Shown: in pieces, positions 9,616-20,647 of the stretch
Layout of the letters: every line of letters starts with the position of its first letter
Numbering within the stretch: the first letter of the stretch is position 1
DNA from: an uncultured Gemmatimonadaceae bacterium
GTDB taxonomy: Bacteria; Gemmatimonadota; Gemmatimonadetes; Gemmatimonadales; Gemmatimonadaceae
Direction: 5' to 3'
Assembly: GCA_963781585.1 (NCBI GenBank)
Contig: CAWAGQ010000003.1
Coordinates: forward strand, 288,001-352,000
DNA length: 64,000 nt
Notes under the pieces: generated by a model
Told to the model about the DNA's origin: nothing
Databases searched by the model: none
Seen by the model: only the letters and a program-made list of their open reading frames with translations
Made by a program: the position numbers and the translations under genes

Positions 9616-11526
9616 TCATCGCGTCGCGAGCGCCTGATCCACTCGCGTCCCCGCGAGAACGTGGACGCGCCAGACCTGAAACGCCAGAAGTCGCCAGAGC
9701 CGCCCGGTGTGATCGATTCCCTGCATGTGCTCATCGAGCCACTGCCGCGCGGTTCCGGCGTGGAGCAGGCCGTCGTCAGATGCGGGCAGATAGGCGTGCA
9801 GCATGTCGCGGCCGGCGGTGCGCAACCACTGTCCCAGGGGAACCGAGAATCCACGCTTTCGTGCGTGCGTGATGTCGCGCGGCAGCATGCGCTCGGCAGC
9901 CCGCCGCACCAGCGCCTTGCCGGTGAAGCCGCGCAGTTTCACACGCGGAGGCAGCCCCGCCGCCCACTCGACCAGATGGTGATCCAGAAAAGGCACGCGA
10001 CTCTCGATCGACGTCGCCATGCTCATCTGATCCTGCTTGGCAAGCAACTCATCGAGATAGGTGGCCTGGTCGAAGCGGAGCATCGCTTCCAGAGGGTTGC
10101 GTTGCAGCAGATCGCGGTCGATCAGGCCGCCGAGCCGGGCGTATGGTGTCCCTCCGCCGTCTCCGAGCAGGACATCACGCTGGGCTCGGCGGAATTCCGT
10201 GAAGCTCTCGAGGTACCAGTCCTCGAAGGATGGGCCGTGGGCGAAGGAGGATCGCTTGAGGCGGCTGCTCAGATAGCCCTCGCCGAGTCCGGCCACGCCG
10301 CGTGCCAGCGAGGTCCGCAGTCGTGGGGCGAGCGAGGCATCGAGCGCCCGCGCCAGCCGCCTGTTCCAGAGCGCGCGGGGGTACCGCCCATAGCCGGCAA
10401 ACAATTCGTCGCTGCCTTCGCCGGTCAGCACCACCTTGACCGACTGCACGGCAAGGCGCGAGACGACGTACAGCGGGATGCTCGCCGAGAACGTGAGCGG
10501 GTGGTCGCGATGCGCCGTGAGCCGCGGCAGCAGCTCGAAGAACTCTTCGGGGCGGCAGGTGACTTCATGGTGGTCGGTGGCGAATGCGCTCGCCACGACC
10601 CGGGCGTACGGCAGCTCGCTGGCGTCCTGCTCGGCGTAGCCCACCGAAAACGTGCGCAATTGCTCGATGCCCAGCTCCCGCATCGCGGCCACGATCAGGC
10701 TCGAGTCGAGGCCGCCGCTCAGGAAGACGCCTAACGGCACATCCGCCATCAGCGTGATGTCCACGGCCTCACGAAAGCGCGTCCAGAACTCCCGCGACGC
10801 CGGCTCGACCGACAGCTCACTCGCCCCATCACGCGTCACAACGGCCTCGGGCAGTGTCCAGTAGCGCTCGAACCGCACGCGCCCATCCTCCCACTCAAGC
10901 ACGCAACCAGGCTCCAGCGATCGGACGTCACGAAACAGCGTCCGCCCTCCGGTCACGCTCCCCAGCGCGAAGTATTCGGCGACGGCGTCGGCATTGAGGG
11001 CGGGCTCGATGAGCCCGGACGCGAACACCCCTTTGATCTCCGAGCTGAACACGAGGTCGCCTTCACCGGTTACCGCATAGAACAACGGCTTGATGCCGGA
11101 CCGGTCACGCACCAGGCTCAGCGTCTGACGCTTGGCGTCCCACAGGGCGTAGGCAAACATGCCGCGCAAGGCGCTCGCACCTTTCACAACGCCGTACTCC
11201 TCGGCCAGATGAATCACCGCCTCGGTATCACAGTTGGTTCGGTACACGTGGCCACGCGCGATGAGCGACGCCCGATGCGTTGCGTGGTTGTAGACCTCGC
11301 CATTGTAGGTGATCCAGACCGTCCCATCCTCGTTGCACATCGGCTGCTGGCCGCGCGCCAGATCGACGATGCTCAGACGCTCGTGTCCGAGACCGACCCG
11401 ACCCGACAGATGCTGCCCGCAGGCATCCGGCCCTCGGTGATGGATCGACTCGCGCATCCGCGTGATCATCTCCGCCGGAACACGGCGTTCGGGTTGCGCG
11501 AGGACCACACCGCAGATGCCGCACAT
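9616..11526 (-). CDS. asnB: Asparagine synthase (glutamine-hydrolysing)-like amidotransferase, polysaccharide-cluster type
   Basis: N-terminal MCGICG, HRGPD, NGEVYN, LSGGLDSS, GEGSDELFAGY, ESRVPFLDH. Confidence 0.9.
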   Translation of the reverse strand: MCGICGVVLAQPERRVPAEMITRMRESIHHRGPDACGQHLSGRVGLGHERLSIVDLARGQQPMCNEDGTVWITYNGEVYNHATHRASLIARGHVYRTNCDTEAVIHLAEEYGVVKGASALRGMFAYALWDAKRQTLSLVRDRSGIKPLFYAVTGEGDLVFSSEIKGVFASGLIEPALNADAVAEYFALGSVTGGRTLFRDVRSLEPGCVLEWEDGRVRFERYWTLPEAVVTRDGASELSVEPASREFWTRFREAVDITLMADVPLGVFLSGGLDSSLIVAAMRELGIEQLRTFSVGYAEQDASELPYARVVASAFATDHHEVTCRPEEFFELLPRLTAHRDHPLTFSASIPLYVVSRLAVQSVKVVLTGEGSDELFAGYGRYPRALWNRRLARALDASLAPRLRTSLARGVAGLGEGYLSSRLKRSSFAHGPSFEDWYLESFTEFRRAQRDVLLGDGGGTPYARLGGLIDRDLLQRNPLEAMLRFDQATYLDELLAKQDQMSMATSIESRVPFLDHHLVEWAAGLPPRVKLRGFTGKALVRRAAERMLPRDITHARKRGFSVPLGQWLRTAGRDMLHAYLPASDDGLLHAGTARQWLDEHMQGIDHTGRLWRLLAFQVWRVHVLAGTRVDQALATR

Positions 11527-13673
11527 CAGACCCACCCTCCGACGGCGGTGCCCGCAACGTTAGGCGCGATGACCTCCGGCGGCGTCCGTCGTGGGCACGC
11601 CAGCGAGAAGATCCCGCGCGGCGAGTGCGACGCGACGGTCCAGCCGCCCGCGGCCGCCGGAGCGACGTCGATGCGGGCGTCGGCCGCCGCGATGGCCGTG
11701 ACCAAGGCCGCAGTCTGCACGCCGGGCCAGCGCAGCCGGAGCATGCCGGCGTCGACCTCCTCCCCGTAGCGCGGAGACCGGCGCACCCGCTCATGGATCG
11801 CCGAGAGGTGGGGGATTCCCGCTGAAGCCCACCAGCGCATGACCGCCGCATCCAGGCGCAACTCGCACCGGGCATCGTCCAGAGCGCCCCGTGCCGACGC
11901 CAGCGGCCAATGCAAGGCGCAGTCGCGCCCCTCGGCGCCGTCGATCCAGTCACACACCACCACCCCGCTGCCGGGGATGAGCAGGACGAGACGCTCGACG
12001 TCGAACGCGCCTCCGCGTGAAGAGCGGCGGTAGGCGAGGCGGCACCACCAGACGCCCCCGGTTACCCCCTGCGCCACCGACGGGGTGGGCGCGGTCACGC
12101 GCCAACCGAAGTCATTCCGCGGGACGGCGAGCGGTTCTCCCGACACCACGAAGCAGGCGTGGGCCTGCTCGGAGCGATACCAGGCACGGCCAGCCGGATC
12201 CCCCGTGTACCGTGGCGACCCGAAATCCGTGACAATCGACTCGCCCCCATGCGACACTTCCACATGGCCGAGGTCCGTGTGCGCGTGACCAGTGAGATCG
12301 CCGCCGTGGGGGCCGGCGTCGACGAGGCAGAACCACGACGTCGCGCCCTCACCGTCACGTCCGACGTAGTATCCCGCTGCCGGCAGCGCGTCGTGGCGGG
12401 GACGGAGCGGCTGCGACGGCTGATCTGCCAGCCACCGGCACGCGTCGTCATCAACCAGCCAGAAAGCAAGGGCGCGCTGCTCGGCATCGGCCCCCTCGAG
12501 CCATCGCGGTTCGCGACTGAGTGCCGCACCGGCCACCAGGAGCGAACGCTGGTCGTGGCTGTCGCCCACCGCGAGCGGCAGCATCGACCCGCTGTCCTCA
12601 TCGCCGATCACAGGCCACTCGCTCTCCGAGCGTCGAAGAGCGGCGGAGGCACCAAGCAGGTTTGTCAGCGCCGGGCTTACCGCAGGAGGAAGTGGAATTC
12701 GCGAACCGCGTCCGAGCGCGACAAGGTGGAGATAGAACTCGAGCGTGTACCGATGATAGCCGGTCGCCCGTTCGAAGTGTGTACCGTCCGTCAGGATCTG
12801 GTGTGCGATCTCGGCACCCAGGATGCGAATGCCCCGGTGCTTCCAGCGCTCCGCTCGCGCAAACTCCGGAAACATCACGCCGACATAGACGAGTCCCAGC
12901 GCTTCACCAGTGAGATGGGTGTTCGGGCTGTGGTGCGTTGAGTCAAATCGCTCGACGTGCTTCGCGTGATGCCAGAGCTGCCAGAGGAACTTCCGGCACG
13001 ACGATTCGGTCCATTCGGTCGAGTCACAGGTCAACGCGAACAGCCAGCACCAGACAACGGCCCGGAACGACACCTCCAGACTGGCCGTCCAGTTGATTCC
13101 GCGCCCGGGCGGGTTGCCGCGCATCCAGTCCTCGAGCAAAGCGACCATCCGACGCGCGAAACGGGCGTCACGCGTCAGCCAGTACGCCTGGGCAAGTCGC
13201 AGCAGGTGGTGATGCCGATTCAGCTCCCAGATGTGCTTTACGTCACCACCACCGATGCCTTCAAGAAAGCGCACGCGCGGCCACGGCGTGTTGTCCGCCT
13301 CGACGCCGGAGATCGGGTGGGTATTCCAATCCGGGATGCCACCCTTCATGCGGGCTACCACCCCGAAGACATCCCACTGGCCGGCGAGGACCCGTTCGGC
13401 TGCGGCGAGTAGTGGCTGGCGGCCGGGAAGGTGCGTCAGATCCCGGGCGCGGAGGTGAGCGAGCGGAAAGCGGGCGCGCATCGCCTCGCGCAGATGCGAC
13501 AGGACCGGTGTCGCTGACGGGACCAGAGGGCCCGAGCTCCCGTTCCAGACGCGCAACCAGCCGGCAGGCGTGAGCACACGCTGCGGCGGGCGCGCGGACG
13601 CAACGACCTTCTCGCACTCCTGCCGCACGCGGACGGCGAGCGCAATGGCGCGACGATTCACGGACACGGGCAC
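11526..13673 (-). CDS. Heparinase II/III family protein
   Basis: DVKHIWELNRH, NPPGRGINW, GTHFERATGYH, GHAHTD. Confidence 0.85.
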   Translation of the reverse strand: MPVSVNRRAIALAVRVRQECEKVVASARPPQRVLTPAGWLRVWNGSSGPLVPSATPVLSHLREAMRARFPLAHLRARDLTHLPGRQPLLAAAERVLAGQWDVFGVVARMKGGIPDWNTHPISGVEADNTPWPRVRFLEGIGGGDVKHIWELNRHHHLLRLAQAYWLTRDARFARRMVALLEDWMRGNPPGRGINWTASLEVSFRAVVWCWLFALTCDSTEWTESSCRKFLWQLWHHAKHVERFDSTHHSPNTHLTGEALGLVYVGVMFPEFARAERWKHRGIRILGAEIAHQILTDGTHFERATGYHRYTLEFYLHLVALGRGSRIPLPPAVSPALTNLLGASAALRRSESEWPVIGDEDSGSMLPLAVGDSHDQRSLLVAGAALSREPRWLEGADAEQRALAFWLVDDDACRWLADQPSQPLRPRHDALPAAGYYVGRDGEGATSWFCLVDAGPHGGDLTGHAHTDLGHVEVSHGGESIVTDFGSPRYTGDPAGRAWYRSEQAHACFVVSGEPLAVPRNDFGWRVTAPTPSVAQGVTGGVWWCRLAYRRSSRGGAFDVERLVLLIPGSGVVVCDWIDGAEGRDCALHWPLASARGALDDARCELRLDAAVMRWWASAGIPHLSAIHERVRRSPRYGEEVDAGMLRLRWPGVQTAALVTAIAAADARIDVAPAAAGGWTVASHSPRGIFSLACPRRTPPEVIAPNVAGTAVGGWV

Positions 13674-13691
13674 CGAGAGGTGGAAGCCGTT

Positions 13692-14825
13692 TCAGTCATG
13701 CGGGGCACCGCCGTCGACGGCTCTGGTGGCGCTTAGCGCACCACGACGTCCCCGTTCACGATCGATGTCGGCATACAGTGCGAGCCATTGCGGTGCCACC
13801 GCCTCCCACGTGTAGTGCTCCAGGCACTCCCGTCGCGCCTCGGTCGTCAGTTGCTCGGCAAGCCCGGGCTCGCACACTACCTGAAGGGCGCACGCGGCCA
13901 GGGCCGCGGCGTCTCCGGGAGGCACCAGCAGGGCCGTCCGAAGGTGCTCGGCGATATAGGGAATACCGCCCGCGGCCGTCGACACGACCGGCAGCCCTGC
14001 CGCGAAGGCCTCAATCACCGAACTGGGCATGTTGTCAATACGCGGAGAATTCAGGTACACATCCGCCTCGTCGTACAACCGCGGCATCTCTTCCTGAGTC
14101 ACCCGTCCCAGGAACGAGACATTCTGCAATCCGAGCGAGGTGGCGAGCGCCTCCAGTGCCGCTCGTTCGCCACCGTCCCCTGCCAGCACCAGGCGTGCCT
14201 CAGGGAGCGTGGCCTGCACGAGGCCGAAGGCGCGGATCGTCGTGGCGACGTCGTAGAGTGACTCCAGGTTGCGATTGCTCAGAAACAGCGGCCGCGGCCG
14301 CGGTCGGGACCGGAATGGCAGCCGGGCAGGATCGACAAAGTTGGCGATCGAGATCGCGTGATATCCATGTCGCGCAAAGACGTCCACCAGGTAGCGCGAG
14401 GGCACCACGATCGCGTGAGGCAGGCGCAGAGCCCGGCGCAGCAACCATCGCCATCGCGTCAGGTGATCATCCGCTTCGCCGCTCCGGTAGTTGAGGATGA
14501 CGCCCTTCCCCAACGCGCGCCCCACCAGCATTGCCGGGAGCGGGGCAAGCAGGAATGACGTGTATGACGCGGAGAAGACCTGAACCACGTCCACGCGCGG
14601 TATCTGGCGAAGCAGCGCGACGCCGTAGAAGGCCGAGTTGATCAGGGTTCGCAAATAGCGTATCCGGCGTGTCCACCGCAGCCCCGGCGGGAATGCCGGA
14701 TTGATGGGCAGCAGTGCCACGTTCAACGCGCCATACCTGGACAGTCGCTCGCGCAGGCGAGCCGCCACGACTGCCTGACCGCCAATCATCTCCAGCGACG
14801 GCGCGACCAGAAGGACGTGGATCAT
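13692..14825 (-). CDS. Glycosyltransferase family 4
   Basis: GGQAV, SASYTSF, SNRNLE, DNMPSSVIEAFAAGLPVVST. Confidence 0.9.
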   Translation of the reverse strand: MIHVLLVAPSLEMIGGQAVVAARLRERLSRYGALNVALLPINPAFPPGLRWTRRIRYLRTLINSAFYGVALLRQIPRVDVVQVFSASYTSFLLAPLPAMLVGRALGKGVILNYRSGEADDHLTRWRWLLRRALRLPHAIVVPSRYLVDVFARHGYHAISIANFVDPARLPFRSRPRPRPLFLSNRNLESLYDVATTIRAFGLVQATLPEARLVLAGDGGERAALEALATSLGLQNVSFLGRVTQEEMPRLYDEADVYLNSPRIDNMPSSVIEAFAAGLPVVSTAAGGIPYIAEHLRTALLVPPGDAAALAACALQVVCEPGLAEQLTTEARRECLEHYTWEAVAPQWLALYADIDRERGRRGALSATRAVDGGAPHD

Positions 14826-15167
14826 GTCGGGTGTCCAACACGAACCGGGAGTGGGAGTTCGAGGACCTCGCCCGGCAGTGACAGAATCGACAGGGCTTCG
14901 AACCGTGGAGCCTTCGTTTGACGCGAAGACTGTCTGTTACCGTGAGGTTTACTGCAGGGAGTTCGATCGATGGGCATCGGCGACGGCTGTGGCGCGAAGT
15001 CCACCACGCGCCACCGATCCCCGGTCACGCGGGTCGATCCGGTGACCTCGCCGAGGCATGCGCGGATGAGCGCCATCAGTACGGTATTGTCGTCAAGGAG
15101 GACATGTTTCCACCCCGAGGACTGCAGGGGAGGCGGACAGGAAACCGAGTCGCAACGCGAAGGATCG

Positions 15168-15202
15168 CCGGGGCGAAGTACCGGGGCGAAGTACCGGGGC
15201 GA
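15168..15202. repeat. 13-nt tandem repeat CCGGGGCGAAGTA, about 2.7 copies
   Basis: Units at 15168-15180 and 15181-15193, partial unit 15194-15202. Confidence 0.9.
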
Positions 15203-15531
15203 GAACGTCGTGCCGTACGCCGCCCACGCGTCGTCATGCTGGAGCGCCATGAAGCCAACGCCTCCGGGCGGCAGCAGCGTCCCGCTTGTCGATTGCGGAC
15301 CCCTGCTCTCGTTGACCGGGCGCGCACACCACGACCGGAGCAAGTGGGCAAGGGCGCAGGCTTTGGATTTTCTTCGGTATTTGACCAGTGCATGCAAGTT
15401 GCGTAACGAGTGTGCGTTGCGTTAGCTTCGCGCCGAAGTATAGACTGCTGCTCCCGGAGCAATCAACGCGCGCAAGAGGGCCGATTGGGGCGCAGTTTTT
15501 CGAGATCGACCTGCCCGGTTTCACGTCGCGG

Positions 15532-16917
15532 ATGAGCACCTGGAGAAAAATCGCCCTTTCCGCCCACTTGGCCACTCGACTCGCGCGGCCATCGCTCCGG
15601 ACAGCGGCGCGGGCGTTCCGGCAGGGAATGGCATTTCGGCGCCGCTCGGAATCCTGGTCGGACGATCAGCGCCGAGCCTGGTCCTTGGCGAGCCTTCGAC
15701 GGCAGGTGCGGCGCGCCGCCAGCGAGGTTCCGTTTTACCGGGACTGGTTCGATCGCGTCGGGTTCGACAGCCGGTCGGACTTCAGCTTCGACGACTTCGC
15801 GAAGCTCCCGGTTCTGGAACGCGAGGATGTCCTCGAAGCGGGCAATTCGATGCGATCCACTTGCGTCCCCGCTCGGGACGTACGCGAGGACAGTACCGGC
15901 GGATCCACTGGGGTGCCCACGCGAATCTGGACCGGGCCCGAGGAACGCGGGTGGAGCCAGAGCGGAACCAACTTCTTCATGTCCCAGCTCGACGTCCCGG
16001 CGGGGAGCCGGACAGCGCTGTTGTGGCTGCATCACCTCGATCCGGTCGCGAACGATAGCCTCGCCGATCGGGCGCGCAACTTCATCTGGAATCGTGAATG
16101 GTTGGACTGCGCGCGGCTTTCCGATGAGCTGTTGCAGAGGTATCACGCGCAGCTGCAGCGCAGCCGACCGGAGTGCGTCATCGCATATGCCGGCGCGCTT
16201 GCGTCGCTTGCCGATGTGGTGGCCCGGCTCGGCGACGCTCCTCACTATCCGACCCGCTGTTCGGTGACCGGCGCGGAGAAGCTCTGGCCGGAGCAGCGGC
16301 GCCTCGTGGAGGAGACTTTTGGAAAGCCGGTGCACGAGCGCTACGGCAGCCGGGACATCGGCCTGATGGGGTTTCAGCTCGCCCCGCATGCGAATCTGGA
16401 CTTTGCGGTCGACTGGGCGGCTATCCTCCTCGAGCCGGAAGTGCGGGCTGAGGATTCCCCCATTCTGGTGACAAAACTGCATGCTGATGCAATGCCCCTG
16501 ATCCGGTACCGGGTCGGCGACAGGGCGCGTTTCCCCGTCGATGCCGCACCGGGCCATCCGGTTTTTCATTTCGCGGAGGTCCTGGGGCGGCAGGTCGACG
16601 TTCTGTGGTTGCCGGACGGCCGCTGGATCCACGGCATCGCTGTCCCGCATCTGATGAAGGACCATGCGATTCGGGAGTTTCAGATGTACCAGCATGAGGA
16701 CTACAGCATCGAATTGCTGGTGGTGCCTCGCAACCATTTGAGCATGGACGACGAGGAGCGCGTGCTGGCCGTGCTTCGGGCGAACGCGCCCGGCCTGCCA
16801 GTCACCATACGGGTGGTGTCACAGATCGAGCGTACCGCGTCGCAAAAGTGGCGGCCTGTTCGTTCCGCGGTCCGTCGCACGGCGCCGGCCGGACGGTTCC
16901 GAGGGCCGAACGCGTGA
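15532..16917 (+). CDS. Phenylacetate-CoA ligase-like / CapK-like adenylate-forming protein
   Basis: VPFYR, STGGSTGVP, ERYGSRDIG, MPLIRYRVGD, LGRQVD; start uncertain. Confidence 0.82.
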   Translation: MSTWRKIALSAHLATRLARPSLRTAARAFRQGMAFRRRSESWSDDQRRAWSLASLRRQVRRAASEVPFYRDWFDRVGFDSRSDFSFDDFAKLPVLEREDVLEAGNSMRSTCVPARDVREDSTGGSTGVPTRIWTGPEERGWSQSGTNFFMSQLDVPAGSRTALLWLHHLDPVANDSLADRARNFIWNREWLDCARLSDELLQRYHAQLQRSRPECVIAYAGALASLADVVARLGDAPHYPTRCSVTGAEKLWPEQRRLVEETFGKPVHERYGSRDIGLMGFQLAPHANLDFAVDWAAILLEPEVRAEDSPILVTKLHADAMPLIRYRVGDRARFPVDAAPGHPVFHFAEVLGRQVDVLWLPDGRWIHGIAVPHLMKDHAIREFQMYQHEDYSIELLVVPRNHLSMDDEERVLAVLRANAPGLPVTIRVVSQIERTASQKWRPVRSAVRRTAPAGRFRGPNA

Positions 16918-18299
16918 CCACCGAGCTGTCGCCGGTGGCCGTGGCGCGCCTGGCAGAAGCATCCTACCCGTCTCCGGACGCTGCCCAGTCGCCACTGCGC
17001 GACGCGCTCTTGCGCATCGCCGAGGCACTGCACTGGCGAGACGACGCGTCGGCGTTAGGCGCAATAGTCCCGCAAGGGGCGAGGGTGGTGGTGAAGCCGA
17101 ATCTGGTGCTGCACGAAAACCTCGCGGGCGACGGCATCGAACCGCTGCTCACGCACAGCTCCGTCATCCGCCTGGTGGTTCAGGAACTGCTGCGGAGCGC
17201 CGCCGGTCGGGTGGTCGTCGGCGACGCCCCGCTCCAGGGATGTGACTGGGGCGCATTGCGGCGCGTCACCGGGCTGGGAGGATGGGCCGAGGAACTCGCG
17301 ACCAAGGAGGGCCGGTTCGTCGGCCTGGTCGATTTCCGACGCACGCGGAGCACGGTGCGGGCGGGAGTCCGCGAGGCCGAGGAGGATCTGCTCCCACTGG
17401 ATCAGTTCGTGCTGTTCGACCTCGGTGGCGAGAGTCTGCTCGAGCCCGTGACACTCCCGGGGATCTTCCGTGTGACTCAATACGACCCGGACGCCATGGC
17501 CCGCACGCACGCGCCCGGGCGGCACCAGTACCTGGTGGCGCGCGAGGTCATAGATGCCGAGGTGATCGTGAACCTGCCCAAGCTCAAGACACACAAGAAG
17601 GCGGGGATCACCTGCGCCCTCAAGAACCTCATCGGCATCAACGGGAACAAGGAATTCCTGCCGCACCACCGCGTGGGTGGTAGTGACAACAGCGGCGACT
17701 GCTACCCTGGTGACAATGCGATCAAGCGGGCCCTGGAACGCTCGCTCGACCGGCTCAATCAGTCGCAGTCCTATGTCGAGAAACTCGCATGGTCCACGAG
17801 CGCGCGCGCACTGCACAAGGCCGCGGTGATGGCCGGCGACGTGTACGGCGTGGAAGGCTCATGGTCGGGCAACGACACGATCTGGCGCACCTGCCTGGAT
17901 CTCAATCGCATCCTTCTCTATGGGCGTCCCGACGGCACCCTGGCTGACGCGCCGCAACGGCGGGTGATCAACCTGGTCGACGCCGTCGTGGCCGGCCAGG
18001 GCGATGGACCTCTGTCACCCCGGCGCCTCGATCTCGGGTTGTTGATCGGTGGCACCTCGAGCCCGGCCGTCGACTGGGTTGGGGCCCTGCTGCTCGGGTA
18101 CGATCCCGAACGAATTCCCATCGCGCATGAAGCATTCGGCTCGTTTCGGTGGCCGCTCGTTGATCCGCCGGCACGAGGCTCGGACGTGCGGATCGTAGGC
18201 GACCTGGGCGAGGGACTCGCAGACCAGCTGCTTGCCGGCTCCGCCCCCGCCGGGATCGCGCACCCTGTGGGATGGCGCGACGCCGCGCGCGCGCCGTGA
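16914..18299 (+). CDS. DUF362 domain protein
   Basis: VVKPNLV, GDAP, NLPKLKTHKKAGITCALKNLIG, GQGDGP. Confidence 0.85.
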   Translation: MTTELSPVAVARLAEASYPSPDAAQSPLRDALLRIAEALHWRDDASALGAIVPQGARVVVKPNLVLHENLAGDGIEPLLTHSSVIRLVVQELLRSAAGRVVVGDAPLQGCDWGALRRVTGLGGWAEELATKEGRFVGLVDFRRTRSTVRAGVREAEEDLLPLDQFVLFDLGGESLLEPVTLPGIFRVTQYDPDAMARTHAPGRHQYLVAREVIDAEVIVNLPKLKTHKKAGITCALKNLIGINGNKEFLPHHRVGGSDNSGDCYPGDNAIKRALERSLDRLNQSQSYVEKLAWSTSARALHKAAVMAGDVYGVEGSWSGNDTIWRTCLDLNRILLYGRPDGTLADAPQRRVINLVDAVVAGQGDGPLSPRRLDLGLLIGGTSSPAVDWVGALLLGYDPERIPIAHEAFGSFRWPLVDPPARGSDVRIVGDLGEGLADQLLAGSAPAGIAHPVGWRDAARAP

Positions 18300-18339
18300 T
18301 CCGGGATCCCGTGACGACCCCGGTTCCCGCCCGCCCCTG

Positions 18340-19392
18340 ATGCTCAGGTCGCTCAAGCTCACCGCTCTGCGTGCCGCGAGGGGAAGCGGTGCGCTGCGCC
18401 TGATCGACGGCAGCGACTGGCGTCATCGTCGCCTGCTGATTCTCGGCTATCACGGTGTCTCACAGGCTGACGAGGACCAGTGGGACTCGTCGCTGTTCAT
18501 GCCGCAGGAAATGGTGCGGTCGCGGTTCGAGTTGTTGCGGCGCGGTGGGTACGCAGTGCTGCCACTGGGCGAGGCGATTCAACGGCTTCACGACGGCTCG
18601 CTCTCCGATCGCAGCGTTGCGATCACGTTCGACGACGGATCCGCGGACTTCTATTCTCGCGCGTATCCGTTGCTCCAGGAGTTCGGTTACCCGGTGACGC
18701 TGTACCTGACCACCTTCTACAGTCGGGACCAGCGTCCGGTGTTCCCGCCCATGTGCGGTTATCTCCTGTGGCGCGGACGCACGCGCCGGATCAGTGGGCA
18801 GGACCTCGTACCGCATGGCGGCTCGCTCGACCTCGCTGACCCGACACAGCGTCGGTCCGCATTCGAAGCGATTTTGCGCTGGGCAGCGGAACGAAGACTG
18901 GATGCATCGCAAAAGGACGATCTGTTAGGCACGCTTGCCGAGCGGGTGGGGGTGGATTTTGTCGACCTCTGTCAGCGCCGGCTGCTCCAGATCATGTCCA
19001 GGGAGGAGATCGCGCAACTCGATCCGAAGCTGGTGGACGTGCAGCTGCACACCCATCGTCACCGTACTCCGCTCAATCGCGAGCTGTTCCGCCGCGAAGT
19101 CGAAGACAACCGGCGCGAAATAGCCCGGATCACTCACTCCAGCAGGCTCCTGACGCACTTCTGCTATCCCAGCGGCGTGACGCATCCCCACTTCCTGCCG
19201 TGGCTCCGCGAGCTCGGCATCGAGTCGGCGACGACGTGCTACACAGGCATCGCGTCCGCGGCCACCGACCCGCTCATGCTCCCGCGACTCATCGACACCT
19301 GCTCGCTCACGACACTGGAGTTCGAGAGCTGGCTCACGGGCGCGGCGGCATTGCTTCCCACTCGCCGTCTTCGCGTCGCACATGCCGACTGA
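18340..19392 (+). CDS. Polysaccharide deacetylase (NodB/CE4-like)
   Basis: ILGYHGV, ITFDDG, LHTHRH, HFCYPSG. Confidence 0.88.
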   Translation: MLRSLKLTALRAARGSGALRLIDGSDWRHRRLLILGYHGVSQADEDQWDSSLFMPQEMVRSRFELLRRGGYAVLPLGEAIQRLHDGSLSDRSVAITFDDGSADFYSRAYPLLQEFGYPVTLYLTTFYSRDQRPVFPPMCGYLLWRGRTRRISGQDLVPHGGSLDLADPTQRRSAFEAILRWAAERRLDASQKDDLLGTLAERVGVDFVDLCQRRLLQIMSREEIAQLDPKLVDVQLHTHRHRTPLNRELFRREVEDNRREIARITHSSRLLTHFCYPSGVTHPHFLPWLRELGIESATTCYTGIASAATDPLMLPRLIDTCSLTTLEFESWLTGAAALLPTRRLRVAHAD

Positions 19393-19510
19393 ACGCCTGA
19401 CTCGCTGACTACCGACTCGGAACTGTCGCTTCTGGCAGATATCGAACGGTTGAGGGATTCTGAGCGCCCGAGGCAGACGCAGCGATTGCGCGCCACCTGA
19501 ACAGAACCAA

Positions 19511-19686
19511 TCAGCGCACGTCGACGCCGTCAGTCCCGGTGCGAAGCGTCACCATGTCGGCGCCGGGACTGGTGCCATGCGCCCACAGGCGGCGATACGG
19601 GCTGGTCGGCGACAGATTATGCTCGCCCACCGCCATGTTCGTGTATCCGATGCTACCGTCTAGCCGCTGGGAAGTGGTTCCCCAGC
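19511..19686 (-). pseudogene. Orphaned former C-terminus of a beta-helix protein (copy 1)
   Basis: Manual translation GNHFPA / DGSIGYTNMAVGEHNLSPTSPYRRLWAHGTSPGADMVTLRTGTDGVDVR*, lying ~75 nt past the current stop. Confidence 0.6.
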
Positions 19687-20647
19687 GGAGAGGCGATCGT
19701 CGCTCCGTTCATGGCCGTGATGCCCCGTTCGCATCAGTCTTTTCTTGTCGTCGCGTGAGGATCAGGGGATCTCGACGTTCGCGATGGCGCTGTTCACCAT
19801 CGCGGTATTGGCTCCAGCTCCAGTCGCTTGCGCCGCACTCAGCGACGAAACGAAGGTGCTACTGGGAAAGCCGGACTTGTGGCCGCCGATAATCACCGTA
19901 TGCTGGAAGTTCAGCGTTCCTCTGACGACCCGCGGCAACAAAGATTCGTTGCAGGAGAGCCCGGCCCCGCACATACCGTAGGCGCCGAACGCGACGATGT
20001 TGTCGTGATAGTCGAAGCCATTCACTGCCGGCGCGGTACCAAAAGTCAGGAAGGTCTTGAAGGACGCCGGCGATGTCATCGTATTATTGCGGATTATGAC
20101 GTTGCCCGCGCCGTCCAGCAACTGCACCATCTTTGAGTCGCCGATGTAGGGCGCCACGCTTATGTTCTCGACGATGTTCTGCTCGATCAGCACTCGGTTG
20201 AGCAGTTCTCCAACCGGATACGGATTGCTGCCCTCGCGACCGAGGAGGTCGAACGCGCCGGCCGCATTGCGAATCACGTTGTAACGGACGGTGATGTCGC
20301 GCGACGTACACCATGTGCATTGCCCGCTGGAGTTGGCCGACTTGAACATGATCGCGAAACCCACCTGCCCATCTCCCCAAGATCCGTCGAAGACGTTCCC
20401 CTCGATCAGGAAACGCTGCACGTTCTTTGTCTCAAGGAGGTTCTTCTTCGTCCACACGCCGATCCAGCTCGCCGGCGAGTAGACGAAGTTGCGGCGGAAC
20501 TCGATGTCGCTGGGAATCAGATTCGGGATGCTCGGGTCCGCGCCACCGAACATCACGTTCTCACCGACGCCTTCCAGCGTGTTGTTCACGATCTTGTACG
20601 GCCCGGGGCCGTTCCAGCCAACAATCGCCTGCGAATCGAAGCCCTTC
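19553..20647. repeat. ~1.1 kb direct repeat, copy 1 (partner 28984-30078)
   Basis: Base-by-base comparison at offset 9431; about 13 substitutions counted by eye, no indels seen. Confidence 0.95.
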
